A DNA stretch of 64,000 nt from an uncultured Actinomycetota bacterium (GTDB taxonomy: Bacteria > Actinomycetota > Actinomycetes > JACCUZ01): contig CAWHJC010000014.1 of the NCBI GenBank assembly GCA_963829565.1, positions 37,601 through 101,600 on the forward strand, in the 5' to 3' direction. Position numbers and translations under genes: made by a program. A model generated the notes under the pieces. The model was given only the letters and a program-made list of their open reading frames with translations, was not told where the DNA came from and did no database searches. This document shows positions 35,949 to 47,082 of this stretch, piece after piece (positions within the stretch are counted from its first letter, which is position 1; every line of letters starts with the position of its first letter).

Positions 35949-37279
35949 GTGGACCTGTTCGAGGACGCCGCGGAGTCGCGCGGGGACGCCGGCAAGCCGC
36001 TGGCCGTCCGGATGCGCCCCCGCACGCTCGACGAGGTGGTCGGCCAGGACCACCTGCTCGTCCCCGGCTCGCCGCTGCGGCGGCTGGTGGCCGGTGAGGG
36101 CGGCGTCGCCGGACCGGCGTCGCTGATCCTCTGGGGTCCGCCCGGGACCGGGAAGACGACGCTGGCCTACCTCGTCTCGTCGGCGACCGGCCGGACGTTC
36201 ACCGAGCTGTCGGCGGTCAACGCGGGCGTGAAGGAGGTGCGGGCGGTCATCGAGACCGCTCGGCGGGAGGTCGGGATGACCGGCCGCGAGACGGTGCTGT
36301 TCATCGACGAGGTCCACCGGTTCTCCAAGACCCAGCAGGACGCGCTGCTGCCGGCGGTCGAGAACCGGTGGGTGACCCTGGTCGCAGCGACGACGGAGAA
36401 CCCGCACTTCTCGGTGGTGTCGCCGCTGCTGTCGCGGTCGCTGCTGCTGACCCTCGCGCCGCTCGACGAGGCGGGCGTGGAGGAGGTCGTACGTCGTGCC
36501 GTGACCGAAGACCGCGGGCTGGGGGGCGCGGTCGAGGTGTCGGACGAGGCGATGGCCCACCTGCTGCGGGTGGCCGGCGGCGACGCCCGCCGGGCTCTCA
36601 CCGCTCTCGAGGCGGGTGCCGGGGCGGTGCTGGGGACGGGCTCCTCGGTGCTGGACGTCTCGACGCTGGAGGCGGCCGTCGACCGCGCCGCACTGCGCTA
36701 CGACCGGGACGGCGACCAGCACTACGACGTCATCTCGGCGTTCATCAAGTCGATCCGCGGGTCGGACGTGGACGCCTCGCTGCACTACCTGGCCCGGATG
36801 GTCGAGGCGGGGGAGGACCCGCGGTTCATCGCCCGGCGGCTGGTGATCCTCGCCTCGGAGGACATCGGGCTGGCCGACCCGACAGCGCTGCTCGCGGCCG
36901 TCGCGGCGGCCGACGCAGTGGCGCTGATCGGGATGCCCGAGGCGCGCATCAACCTGGCCCAGGTGGTGATCCACCTGGCGCTGGCCCCGAAGAGCAACGC
37001 CGTGGTGGTCGCCATGGACAGCGCCCTCGGCGACGTACGGGCCGGGCTGGCCGGGGCGGTGCCGGCGCACCTGCGCGACGCGCACTACCGCGGCGCGTCC
37101 ACGATCGGGTCGGGGGAGGGCTACGTCTACCCGCACGACGAGCCGGGCGGTGTGGCCGCGCAGCAGTACCCGCCGGACGCGGTGCTGCCCCGGACCTACT
37201 ACCGGCCGACCCGGCACGGCGCCGAGTCCCGGCTGGCCGACCTCTGGGACAAGCTGCGACCCTCGTCCGCGGCACCTGA
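35949..37279 (+). CDS. rarA: Replication-associated recombination protein A (C-terminal indel; ORF reads on to 37367)
   Basis: [68 protein letters not shown]. Confidence 0.93.
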
Positions 37280-37288
37280 CCCTCCCCT

Positions 37289-38530
37289 CAAGATCCTTGT
37301 TGCGCCGACACACCGGGTCACCGGCGTGTCTGGTGCGCCGGCGCAACAACGAGACCAGCCGGGCTGATCAAGGCGAGCGGTCACCAGTGCGGGACCGGGG
37401 GCGGCAACGGCCCGGGCTCCCACGTCCAGCCGCCGCGCGGGGTGCGCTGTGCGCGGCGCCAGCCCGACAGCAGTCGCTGGCGGGTCCGCGTCCGGAACCG
37501 GCCGAGGTCGACGATTCGTCGCCCGGACGACCGTCAGGCCGCACGTCCTCGAGCCCCTCCTCGCGGGCGTTGTCGAGGGCATGCCGCAGCTCCTCGCGGT
37601 GGACAGCCCCGTCGTACTCGCCGAGCAGTCCCGTCGACGGGTCGAGGAGGTCGCCCATGCCGAGGACGCTCCCCGACGCGTCGCGGATGGTCGCGTTGAC
37701 CTGAGGATCAGGGAGCCCGCAGTCGAGCATCCAGAAGAGGCGGAAGGCCGTCTCGCGCGGTGACCGGGCCCGAGGGCTGGCTAGGGCGAGCGCACGTCGA
37801 GCCTGCGGGACACCGCGCCAGCCAGGTCGCTCGGCGAGGTAGCCGCCGACGGACTCGAGGAACTCCGGTCGGCCGCGCCCAAGGACGTCGAGTGCGGTGA
37901 CCGCCTGCAGCAGGGTCCCGTGCCGAGCCAGGTCGAATGCTGTCCGCACCGGCACCGTGAGGCGCACGCCACCGATCTCGGTGACGTCGTCGGTATGGAG
38001 CTCCGCGCGCCAACAGACCACACCCGGCCGGCGTCGGCTCCGGCCGGGCGGCAGGCACAACGGCACTGGTAGCCGTCCGCCGTCCGAGAACCCGTCGAGC
38101 TCCTCGACGCCACCGACCCGGGCGGCGGCCCAACCGCCGAGCGAGCCGTCGTCCGGCAGCAAGCCGGCTGCGTCCAGGGCCCGTTGCAGCGGGACCCTCT
38201 CGTCGGTGGCGCTCCACACGTGCACCCCTCGGAACGGACTACGCCACAGTGGTCCGGCCACCTCGCGCCAACCGATGCCGAGCAGGCTGAGCTCACCGCG
38301 GGTCAGCGGGTGGTCCAGGTCCTCCGGGTAGGTCGCCATCGGGCTGACCATGCGGCCGACCTTCCCGCCGTACGCCGGGAACGCCGACCGGCTGTGGACG
38401 ACCCCGGCCGACGGGCAAGGCTGTGGGAAACGGCGGTCGTCGGCACGGTGCGTCGCCCACCAAGGTTGCCCGTTGCGCTGACACACCGGACACGCCGGTG
38501 GACTGGTGTGTCGGCGCAACAAGGATCTTG
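37289..38530. mobile_element. Candidate cassette: 59-bp self-palindromic inverted repeats enclosing an AbiEi/DUF559-like nuclease gene
   Basis: 37289-37347 vs reverse complement of 38472-38530: 52/59 identical by manual alignment; no transposase or target-site duplication seen. Confidence 0.5.
37381..38351 (-). CDS. AbiEi-like / DUF559 (Vsr-like endonuclease) family protein (frameshift ~37545)
   Basis: LWRSPFRGVH, TVPVRTAFDLAR, ARSPRET, GLPDPQVN, DLLDPSTGLLGEYDGAVH, DNAREEGL. Confidence 0.7.
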
Positions 38531-38576
38531 GGAGGACGGGAGAGGCGGGCTGGGAGCGCGCGATAGGGTCGTCGGC

Positions 38577-39008
38577 ATGTCGCTCGGAGACGTCGCGGGA
38601 CTCATCGCGGCCATCGCGTTCGTGCTGCTGGTGGGGGCTCTCGCGGTCCCGCTGGTCAAGCTCGGCGGCGTCTTCGACGAGACCCGACGGATGATCCGCG
38701 GCGTGTCCGACGAGACGGTCCCGCTGCTCAGCGAGGTCACCACCACGGTGACCACGACCAACGCCCAGCTGGTCCGGGTGGACGCCATCACGTCCAACGT
38801 GCAGGCAGCCACGACGAACGTCTCGGCCCTCACCGCGCTGCTCGCGGCCACGCTCGGCGGTCCCGTCGTGAAGGTCGCCGCCTTCACCTACGGCGTACGC
38901 AGCGCGCTGGCCGACCGGCCGGCCTCTCGCACCCGCCGGAAGGTGGCCGACCAGACCCGCGCCAACAAGGCCGCCGCACGCGCGGCGAAGCGGCGGCGGG
39001 CCGACTGA
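38577..39008 (+). CDS. DUF948 domain membrane protein
   Basis: N-terminal TM, then coiled segment RVDAITSNV; usual position upstream of alaS. Confidence 0.8.
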   Translation: MSLGDVAGLIAAIAFVLLVGALAVPLVKLGGVFDETRRMIRGVSDETVPLLSEVTTTVTTTNAQLVRVDAITSNVQAATTNVSALTALLAATLGGPVVKVAAFTYGVRSALADRPASRTRRKVADQTRANKAAARAAKRRRAD

Positions 39009-39325
39009 TGCGTCGGCTGTTCTGGGTCGCCGTCGGCGCGACCGCCGGGGTCTACGCCGTCCGCAAGGTGCAGAAGACGCTGCACGCCTACAGCCCGTCC
39101 GGCATGGCGGAGCGGGCCGGCGGCGTGGGGGAGTCGGTGCGCGCCTTCGCCGACCAGGTCCGGATCGGCATGGCCGACCGCGAGGCGGAGCTGCGTGAGG
39201 CGCTCGGCATCGAGCCGGCCGACGAGCCGCCGCTCACGCCGGCGGAGGCCGCCGACCTGATCGACCACCCGGCGAGCCGGCGGCATCAACCAGCCGGCCG
39301 TCACCAGCCCAGGAGTGCCCGCTGA
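39008..39325 (+). CDS. Conserved small protein (DUF6167-like)
   Basis: [17 protein letters not shown]...[17 protein letters not shown]; synteny before alaS. Confidence 0.75.
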   Translation: MRRLFWVAVGATAGVYAVRKVQKTLHAYSPSGMAERAGGVGESVRAFADQVRIGMADREAELREALGIEPADEPPLTPAEAADLIDHPASRRHQPAGRHQPRSAR

Positions 39326-42019
39326 TGGAGACCGCCGAGATCAAGCGTCGGTGGCTCCGGTTCTTCGGCGAGCGCGGGCACACCGTCGTCCCGAGCGCCT
39401 CGTTGCTGCTCGACGACCCCAACCTGCTCTTCGTCAACGCCGGCATGGTGCCGTTCAAGCCGTACCTGCTCGGGCAGGAGTCGCCGCCCTACAAGCGGGC
39501 CACCAGCGTGCAGAAGTGCGTGCGGACCCTCGACATCGAGGAGGTCGGCAAGACCACCCGGCACGGCACCTTCTTCCAGATGAACGGCAACTTCTCGTTC
39601 GGCGACTACTTCAAGGAAGGCGCCATCGAGCTGGCCTGGGAGCTGGTGACGGGGGCGCAGTCCGACGGCTTCTACGGGTTCGACCCGGACACGGTCTGGG
39701 TCACGGTGCTGGAGTCCGACGACGAGGCCTTCGAGCTCTGGCGGAAGGTCGCGGGCCTGCCTGAGCACCGCATCCAGCGCCGTGGGCTGGCCGACAACTA
39801 CTGGCACATGGGCGTCCCCGGTCCGGGCGGGCCGGCCAGCGAGATCTACATCGACCGCGGGCCGGAGCACGGCCCGGAGGGCGGGCCGATCGTGGACGAG
39901 GACCGGTTCCTGGAGATCTGGAACCTGGTCTTCATGCAGGAAGAGCTCAGCGCGGTGCGCTCGAAGGTCGACTTCGACGTCCGGGCTCCCCTGCCGACGC
40001 CGAACATCGACACCGGCATGGGCCTGGAGCGGGTGGCCTACCTGCTGCAGGGCGTCGACAACCTCTACGAGATCGACGAGGTCTTCCCGGTCCTGGACCG
40101 CGCGGCGGCGCTGGCCGGCAAGCAGTACGGCCGCAGCGGCAGCGTCCATGACCCCGATGATGTTCGCCTGCGGGTCGTGGCCGACCACGTCCGCAGCGCG
40201 CTGATGCTGATCAACGACGGTGTGACCCCGGGCAACGAGGCCCGCGGCTACGTCCTGCGGCGGCTGCTCCGGCGGGTCGTGCGCTCGATGCGGCTGCTCG
40301 GCTACGAGGACCCGGTGCTGCCCGAGCTGCTCCCGATCAGCCGGGACGCGATGGCGCCGTCCTACCCGGAGCTGGCCACCGGCTTCGGCCGGATCTCCTC
40401 CCTCGCCTATGCCGAGGAGGAGACCTTCCGCCAGACGCTGCGCGCCGGCACCACGATCCTGGACACGGCGGTCAGGGAGACGAAGGCGCAGGGCGGCGGC
40501 ACGCTGTACGCCGAGCGCGCCTTCGCGCTGCACGACACCTACGGCTTCCCGATCGACCTCACTCTCGAGATGGCGGCCGAGCAGGGACTGTCCGTCGACG
40601 AGGACGGCTTCCGTCGCCTCATGAAGGAGCAGCGGGAGCGCGCGCAGGCGGACTCCAAGGCCAAGCGGTCCGGGCACGCCGACCTGTCGGCGTACCGCGG
40701 GATCGTCGACGCGGGCGGCGCGTCGACCTTCACCGGGTACGACGAGGTCGTCACCGAGGGCCGCGTCCTCGGGCTGCTGGTCGGCGGGGCGAGCGCCCCG
40801 GCGGCCCACGAGGGCGACGACGTCGAGCTGGTTCTCGACCGCACGCCCTTCTACGCCGAGGGCGGCGGCCAGCTCGCCGACCAGGGCCGGCTGCGGCTGG
40901 GCAACGGCGCCGAGGTCGAGGTGCACGACGTCCAGACCCCGCTGCCGGGCGTCATCGTCCACCGCGGCACCGTGGCGCGCGGCGAGGTGACCGTGGACGA
41001 CACCGTTGTCGGCGAGGTCGACGTGGAGCGACGGCGCGCGATCAGCCGTGCCCACACCGCGACCCACCTGGTGCACAAGGCGTTCCGCGAGACGCTGGGG
41101 GAGACCGCGACCCAGGCCGGCTCGGAGAACGCTCCCGGTCGGTTCCGCTTCGACTTCTCGGCCACCGGCGCGGTGCCGCCGACCGTGCTGCGCGACGTCG
41201 AGCAGGAGGTCAACGAGGTGCTCGCGGCGGACCTCGACGTGCGGGCCGAGCTGATGACCCAGGAGCAGGCCCGGTCGGCCGGGGCGATGGCGCTCTTCGG
41301 CGAGAAGTACGGCGACCAGGTCCGGGTCGTCTCGGTCGGCGACTGGGCCCGCGAGCTCTGCGGCGGCACCCACGCGCTGCGCTCCGGACAGCTCGGCGTG
41401 GTGAAGATCCTCGGCGAGTCCTCGATCGGCGCGGGCGTCCGGCGGGTCGAGGCGCTGGTCGGCGTCGACGCCTTCCAGTTCCTGGCCCGCGAGCACACCC
41501 TGGTCGCCCAGCTCACGGAGGCGCTGAAGGTGCGGCCGGAGGAGCTCCCGGACCGGGTCGAGGCGATCACCGCGCGGCTGCGCGAGGCGGAGAAGGAGCT
41601 GGTGGCGCTGCGCTCCGGGCAGGTCCTGGCGGCGGCGGGCGAGCTCGCGGCCGCACCCAAGGACGTCTTCGGCGTCGGGGTGGTCGCCCACCGGGCCCCG
41701 GACGGGACGAGCGCCGACGACCTGCGGCGGCTGGTGCTCGAGGTGCGCGGACGGATCCCGGCCGACCGCCCGGCGGCGGTGGCCGGCGTCGCGGTCGCGA
41801 ACGGGCGGCCCGGTGGTGGTGGTCGCCGTCAACGAGAAGGGCCGCGAGTGGGGCATCAAGGCCGGTGAGCTCGTGCGGGTCGCCGCGACGACCCTCGGCG
41901 GCGGGGGCGGCGGCAAGGACGACGTGGCCCAGGGCGGCGGCAGCGACCCCGGCAAGGTCGACGAGGCGCTGGCCCAGGTGGAGCACACGGTGGGCCAGCG
42001 GGTCACGGGCAGCTCCTGA
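39325..42019 (+). CDS. alaS: Alanine--tRNA ligase (frameshift ~41810)
   Basis: [67 protein letters not shown]. Confidence 0.96.
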
Positions 42020-42047
42020 CCGGCACCGGCGGCGTGAGGGCGGCGAC

Positions 42048-42512
42048 ATGAGGGCGGGGGTGCGGGTCGGCGTCGACGTCGGGTCGGTCCGGGTCGGGGT
42101 GGCGACCTGCGACCCGGCGGGGCTGATCGCGACGCCGGTGGAGACGCTGCGGCGGGGCCGTGGCGACCTCGACGCCCTGTCACGGCTGGTGACCGAGCGT
42201 GAGGCGATCGAGGTCGTGGTGGGATTGCCCACCACGCTGGCCGGCCGGCACGGGGCAGCGGCCGAGGCCGCGCAGGCCTACGCGGAGGCGGTCGCCGGCG
42301 CGGTGGCCGTCCCGGTTCGACTTGTCGACGAGCGGTTGTCTACCGTGGGTGCGCAGCGTGATCTCCGCGCCAGCGGGGTAGACACGCGCAGGGGCCGCAG
42401 CGTGATCGACCAGGCTGCGGCTGTCATCATTCTGCAGGCAGCCCTGGACGCCGAGCGGCGCTCCGGGACCGCGCCGGGACGGCTCGTCGGTCGCACGCCA
42501 GCCACCGACTGA
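42048..42512 (+). CDS. ruvX: YqgF/RuvX family RNase H-fold nuclease
   Basis: VGVDVGSVRVGVATCD, VVVGLP, LVDERLST, IDQAAAVIILQ. Confidence 0.92.
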   Translation: MRAGVRVGVDVGSVRVGVATCDPAGLIATPVETLRRGRGDLDALSRLVTEREAIEVVVGLPTTLAGRHGAAAEAAQAYAEAVAGAVAVPVRLVDERLSTVGAQRDLRASGVDTRRGRSVIDQAAAVIILQAALDAERRSGTAPGRLVGRTPATD

Positions 42513-42574
42513 CCGCCCTCGCGACGACCGTCGAGGGGCGGACACGCGGAGAGGCGAACGGAGAGAGCGAAACC

Positions 42575-43682
42575 ATGACGAACCTGTCGGTGTGGTCCGA
42601 CGAGGAGGTGCAGCCCCCTCGTCGGCGACGCCGGAAGAAGAAGGAGCGCAAGGGGGGCCTGGCGGTCGCCATCGCCCTGCTCCTCGTGGTCGCCGTCCTG
42701 GGCGGCGGCGCAGCCCTGGTGTTCGGGGTCGGCGCCAAGATCAAGGACGCGCTCTCGACCAGCTCGGCCCCGGACTACCCCGGCCCCGGTCAGGGCGAGG
42801 TGCTCATCGAGGTCGAGCCCGGCCAGACGGTCTCCCAGGTCGGCGAGACGCTCAAGCGCGAGGACGTCATCAAGAGCACCCAGGCCTTCTTCGAGGTGGC
42901 CAACGCCAACCCGGAGTCGTCCACCTTGCAGCCCGGCTTCTACTCGCTGCAGCACAAGATGCCCGCCGCCGACGCCTGGACACCCTGCTCGACCCCTCGG
43001 CCAGGGTGCAGGCCAAGGTCACGCTGCCCGAAGGCCTGCGGCTGGACGAGACCCTGGAGAAGCTGGCGACCGGCACCGAGCTCCCGCTGAAGGACTACCG
43101 CCGGCGCTCAAGAACGCCGAGGACCTGGGCCTGCCCGACTACGCGCAGGGCAACCCGGAGGGCTTCCTGTACCCGGCCACCTACGAGGTGCCGCCGGACG
43201 CCGACGCCGCGTCGGTGCTCGAGCAGCTCTTCACGGCGTACGCCGGGGCAGCCGAGGAGGCCGGCATCGAGCGGACGCCGCGCGACCCGGAGGAGCTCGT
43301 CATCATCGCCAGCCTGGTCGAGGCCGAGGCCCGCCACGACGAGGACTTCGGCAAGGTGGCCCGCGTGGTCTACAACCGGCTCGAGGCCGGGATGCCGCTG
43401 CAGTTCGACTCGACGGTCAACTACGCGCTCAAGGCCGACAAGGAGATCGTCACCTACGAGGACCTCGGCGAGGACTCGCCGTACAACACCTACCAGAACA
43501 CCGGCCTGCCGCCGGCCCCGATCAACTCGCCGGGGCTGAAGGCGATGACCGCGGCCGTCAACCCCCCGGACGGCGACTGGCTGTACTTCGTGACGACCGA
43601 CCCCGAGGCCGGGACCACCAAGTTCACCGGCGACTACCAGGAGTTCCTCCGGTTCAAGGACGAGCTCAAGTCCAACCAGTGA
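42575..43682 (+). CDS. mltG: Endolytic transglycosylase MltG (indels)
   Basis: TM anchor; EGFLYPATY, IIASLVEAE, VARVVYNRL, LQFDSTVNY, SPYNTY...GLPPAPINSPG, WLYFVT. Confidence 0.93.
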
Positions 43683-43692
43683 GCCCGCGACA

Positions 43693-44530
43693 GTGATGCA
43701 GGCGGCCACCCGGCGGGCCGGTGTGCTCGGCTCGCCGATCGGGCACTCGCTGTCGCCGACCCTGCACACGGCCGCCTACGAGGCGCTCGGGCTGACCGGG
43801 TGGACCTACCAGGCGTACGACGTGACGGAGCCCGACCTGGCCGACTTCCTGGCCGGTATGGACGACTCCTGGGCCGGCCTGTCGCTCACGATGCCGCTGA
43901 AGGCCGCGGTGCTTCCCCTGCTGGACGGCTCGTCGCCGATGGTGGAGGCCGTCGCCGCGGCCAACACGGTGGTGCTCACCGACGGTCGCCGTACTGGGCG
44001 AGAACACCGACGTACCCGGGATGGTGGCCTCGCTCGCCGCTCACGACGTGCGGGCGGTTCCGCACGCGACCGTGCTGGGCGGCGGGGCGACCGCGCGCTC
44101 GGCGCTGGCCGCGCTGGCCGGGGTCACCGGGTCGGCGACGGCGTACGTCCGGTCGAGCAGCCGGACGCCCGCGCTCACCGCGACGGCCGAGGCGGTCGGG
44201 CTGAGCCTGCAGGTGCGGCCGTGGTCGGCCGCGGCGGAGGCCCTGGGCGCCCCTCTCGTGGTCAACACCACGCCGGCGGGCGCCGCCGACCCGCTGGTCG
44301 TGCACGTCCCCCGGACGGTGGGCACCCTGCTCGAGGTGCTCTACGACCCGTGGCCGACACCGCTGGCCGCCGCGTGGGGGGCGCGCGGCGGGCAGGTCGT
44401 CGACGGGCTGGACCTGCTGGTGCACCAGGCGGTGCTGCAGGTGGGCCTGATGACCGGCGCCGAGGTGGACGTCCCGGGACTCGTCGGCCTGCTGCGGGCG
44501 GCGGGGGAGCGGGCGCTGCGCTCGCGGTGA
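43693..44530 (+). CDS. aroE: Shikimate dehydrogenase (frameshift ~44000)
   Basis: GSPIGHSLSP, GLSLTMPLK, ANTVV, LGGGATARS, VNTTP, YDPWPT, GLDLLVHQA. Confidence 0.93.
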
Positions 44531-44537
44531 TCCCCGG

Positions 44538-44564
44538 CTCAAGGGCTCACCCCGTCGCGCCGAT
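44538..44564 (+). promoter_or_regulatory. sigma28/WhiG-like promoter CTCA-N17-GCCGAT before the roadblock gene
   Basis: CCCGGCTCAAG...GCCGAT; same motif before pilT and the minor pilins. Confidence 0.65.
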
Positions 44565-44623
44565 GGCCTCCTAGAGACGGCGGGCCCTCGGGTCCCGTCG
44601 AAGGCGACACCTGAGGTGGGACG

Positions 44624-45192
44624 ATGAGCGAAGCGTACGGAGACACCAGCACCAGCCGGTCCGCCCGGCTGGACCGCATCCTGACCGAGCTGGTCGGGCA
44701 GGTGCCCGAGATCGAGGCCGCGTCAGTGGTGTCCTTCGACGGGCTCGCGATGGCGTCCGCGCTACCCGCCGCCATGGACGAGGACCGGGTGGCCGCGATG
44801 AGCGCCGCCCTGCTCTCGCTCGGCGAGCGGGCCGCCGAAGGCCTCGGTCGCGGAATGCTGTCCCAGGTCTACGTCGAGGGCGAGAACGGCACCGTCTTCC
44901 TCATCTCGGCCGACGACGAGGCCGTCCTGGTCGCGGTCGCGGCCAAGGGCGCCAAGGTGGGCCTGATGCTCTTCGAGGTACGTCGGGCAGCTGCCGCCGT
45001 CGCCGAGGCCCTGCGGGTCGAGCTCGACTACGGTCAGCGGCCGACGAGCTGCCCGCTCCCGCACCGCTGCAGGTCGTGAGCCCGGCTCCGGCCGCATCGT
45101 CGGACCGGTCGCCCTACGACCCGCCGTTCGAGTCGTCGCACTCCGCGTCCGGGGCGCACGCCGCGCCGGCCGACTCTCCGTCCTGGAGCTGA
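44624..45192 (+). CDS. Roadblock/LC7 (MglB-like) protein; ORF ends 45079 as read, tail probably continues to TGA 45190-45192
   Basis: ASVVSFDGLAMAS, DRVAAMSAALLSLGERAA, QVYVEGENG, KVGLMLFEVRRAA. Confidence 0.88.
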
Positions 45193-45195
45193 CCG

Positions 45196-46505
45196 ATGAA
45201 GCTCGAAGGCTCGCTCGACGCGTTCAGCCTGCCGGACATCTTCCAGCTGCTGAGCTTCACCAAGAAGACCGGCGGCCTGCACCTGGCCAGCGACGGTGCC
45301 GACGGCGTCGTGTTCTTCGCCGCCGGCCAGGTCACCGGCGCGTCCGCCGACAGCTCCCGGCAACCGCTGGCCCGCCGCATCGTCGGCAGCGGCGCCGTGA
45401 CGGACGAGGCCCTGGTCGCTGCCGTGGACGCGGTTGCCCGCGGTGAGGGCGTAGGGGTCGTCAAGGCCCTGCTGGACTCCGACGCGGTCGACGCCGACCT
45501 GCTGCGGCAGGCAGCCCACGACCAGGCCACCGACGCGATCTTCGACCTGCTGCGCTGGCGGGTCGGCGACTTCGCCTTCGTGATGGACGAGGCCAACCCC
45601 GACGACGTCGGAGTGGCCGTCGCCATCGAGGAGGTGCTCGCCGACGCCGAGGCACGCAAGACCACCTGGGAGACCGTGTCGCAGGTGGTGCCCTCCTCCA
45701 AGTCGGTGCTCGCCATGCCGGTCGTCCTGGCCGGCGAGCCGTCGGTCAGCCGTGAGGAGTGGTCGCTGCTGGCGCTGGTCGACGGCCGGCGCAGCGTCTC
45801 CGAGCTGGTGGACCTGACCGGTAGCGGTCAGTACGCCGTGGTGTCGAACGCTGGCGGCCCTGGTGCAGCGCGGCCTCCTCGAGGTCCGCAGCGAGGGTGG
45901 CGACGGTGACGAGCTCGACCACGTCGCCGTGGTCGTCCGTCGCCAGTCGCTGCTGGCGCCGCTCGAGCAGTTCACCCCGGTGGTCGCCCCGGCGCAGTCG
46001 GTGCCCGACGTACCCGCCGCTGCGGCGCCTGCGGCCACCCCCGTCTCGGCCCCCGCGGACAACGGATGCGGGAAAGTGACCGGCGTCAGGTGGCCCAGGA
46101 CGCATCCGATGTCGCGGAGAGCGGCGACGAGGGCAGCGACAGTGCCGGCGCGGACCCCGAGCTGGTGACGGCCTCGGCCGCGCCCGACCAGCCGTCCATG
46201 CTGGGTGGCGCCCACGTGCCGCAGGACGTCGTTCCTCCCCGGCCGGAGCCGTTCCTGCCGAAGCGGCAGGCCGACTTCGACGAGTCCTCCACTGTCGTGG
46301 CATCGCCGCGCCGTGGAGCTCGCCGGCCATGCGACCGGTCAGCGTCGGCGGCAACAGCGGAGGCGGGGGAGGTGGTGGTCTCGGCGACGTCGTCGGTGCG
46401 ACCGCCACGGCGCCCGACCCGGATGCCGCGTCGGTGATCGAGCGGGACCCGAACGTCAACCGCAGCCTGATGCTGCGGCTCATCGCCGGTGTGAGGGGAC
46501 TCTAG
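45196..46505 (+). CDS. DUF4388 domain protein with winged-helix-like segment and low-complexity linker (indels)
   Basis: LEGSLDAFSLPDIFQLL...KTGGL; LLRWRVGDFAF; WSLLALVDGRRSVSELV; ends RSLMLRLIAGVRGL*. Confidence 0.8.
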
Positions 46506-47081
46506 ATGGCCACGCCGCGCACGCGCCGCCGAGGAGGGCAGGCGGTCAAGGTCGTCGTGACCGGGCCGTTCTCCGCCGGCAAGACGACGCTCATCCGGAC
46601 CATCAGCGAGATCACCGTGCTCTCCACCGAGCGCGGGATCACCGACTCGACCCGCAAGCGCAAGGCCGAGACCACGGTGGCGATGGACTTCGGTCGCATC
46701 ACCATCGACCGCGACCTGGTGCTCTACCTGTTCGGCACCCCGGGGCAGGACCGCTTCGACTTCATGTGGGAGATCCTCGGCGAGGGGATGATCGGCTACC
46801 TGCTGCTCGTCGACGTCTCGCGCGAGGAGTCCGTGCAGGAGGCGGCGAGCATCCTCGAGGCGTTCCGGCGGATGGCGCGGGTCCCCTTCGTGGTGGGCCT
46901 CAACCGTGCCTCGGCCGACGACAACCTGCTCGTCGAGAGCGTCCGCGCCCGGCTCGACATCCCCTCGGACGTCGCGATCCTGCCGTGCGACGCCACGGAC
47001 AAGGAATCGGTCAAGAACGTCCTGCTGGCGCTGCTCTACGCGGTCCTCGACGAGGTCGAGACCGAGGCCGTCCGGGCCTGA
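46506..47081 (+). CDS. MglA/CvnD-like small GTPase
   Basis: P-loop GPFSAGKTT, TTVAMDFG, LFGTPGQDRFDFMW, degenerate G4 GLNR. Confidence 0.88.
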   Translation: MATPRTRRRGGQAVKVVVTGPFSAGKTTLIRTISEITVLSTERGITDSTRKRKAETTVAMDFGRITIDRDLVLYLFGTPGQDRFDFMWEILGEGMIGYLLLVDVSREESVQEAASILEAFRRMARVPFVVGLNRASADDNLLVESVRARLDIPSDVAILPCDATDKESVKNVLLALLYAVLDEVETEAVRA

Positions 47082-47082
47082 G

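Noticed and set aside
37289-38530. Conventional IS element
   Set aside because: No DDE, HUH or serine transposase motifs and no target-site duplication; kept only as an atypical cassette
44624-47081. Classical conservon (cvnABCD)
   Set aside because: No CvnA sensor kinase; aroE is directly upstream and the middle gene begins with DUF4388
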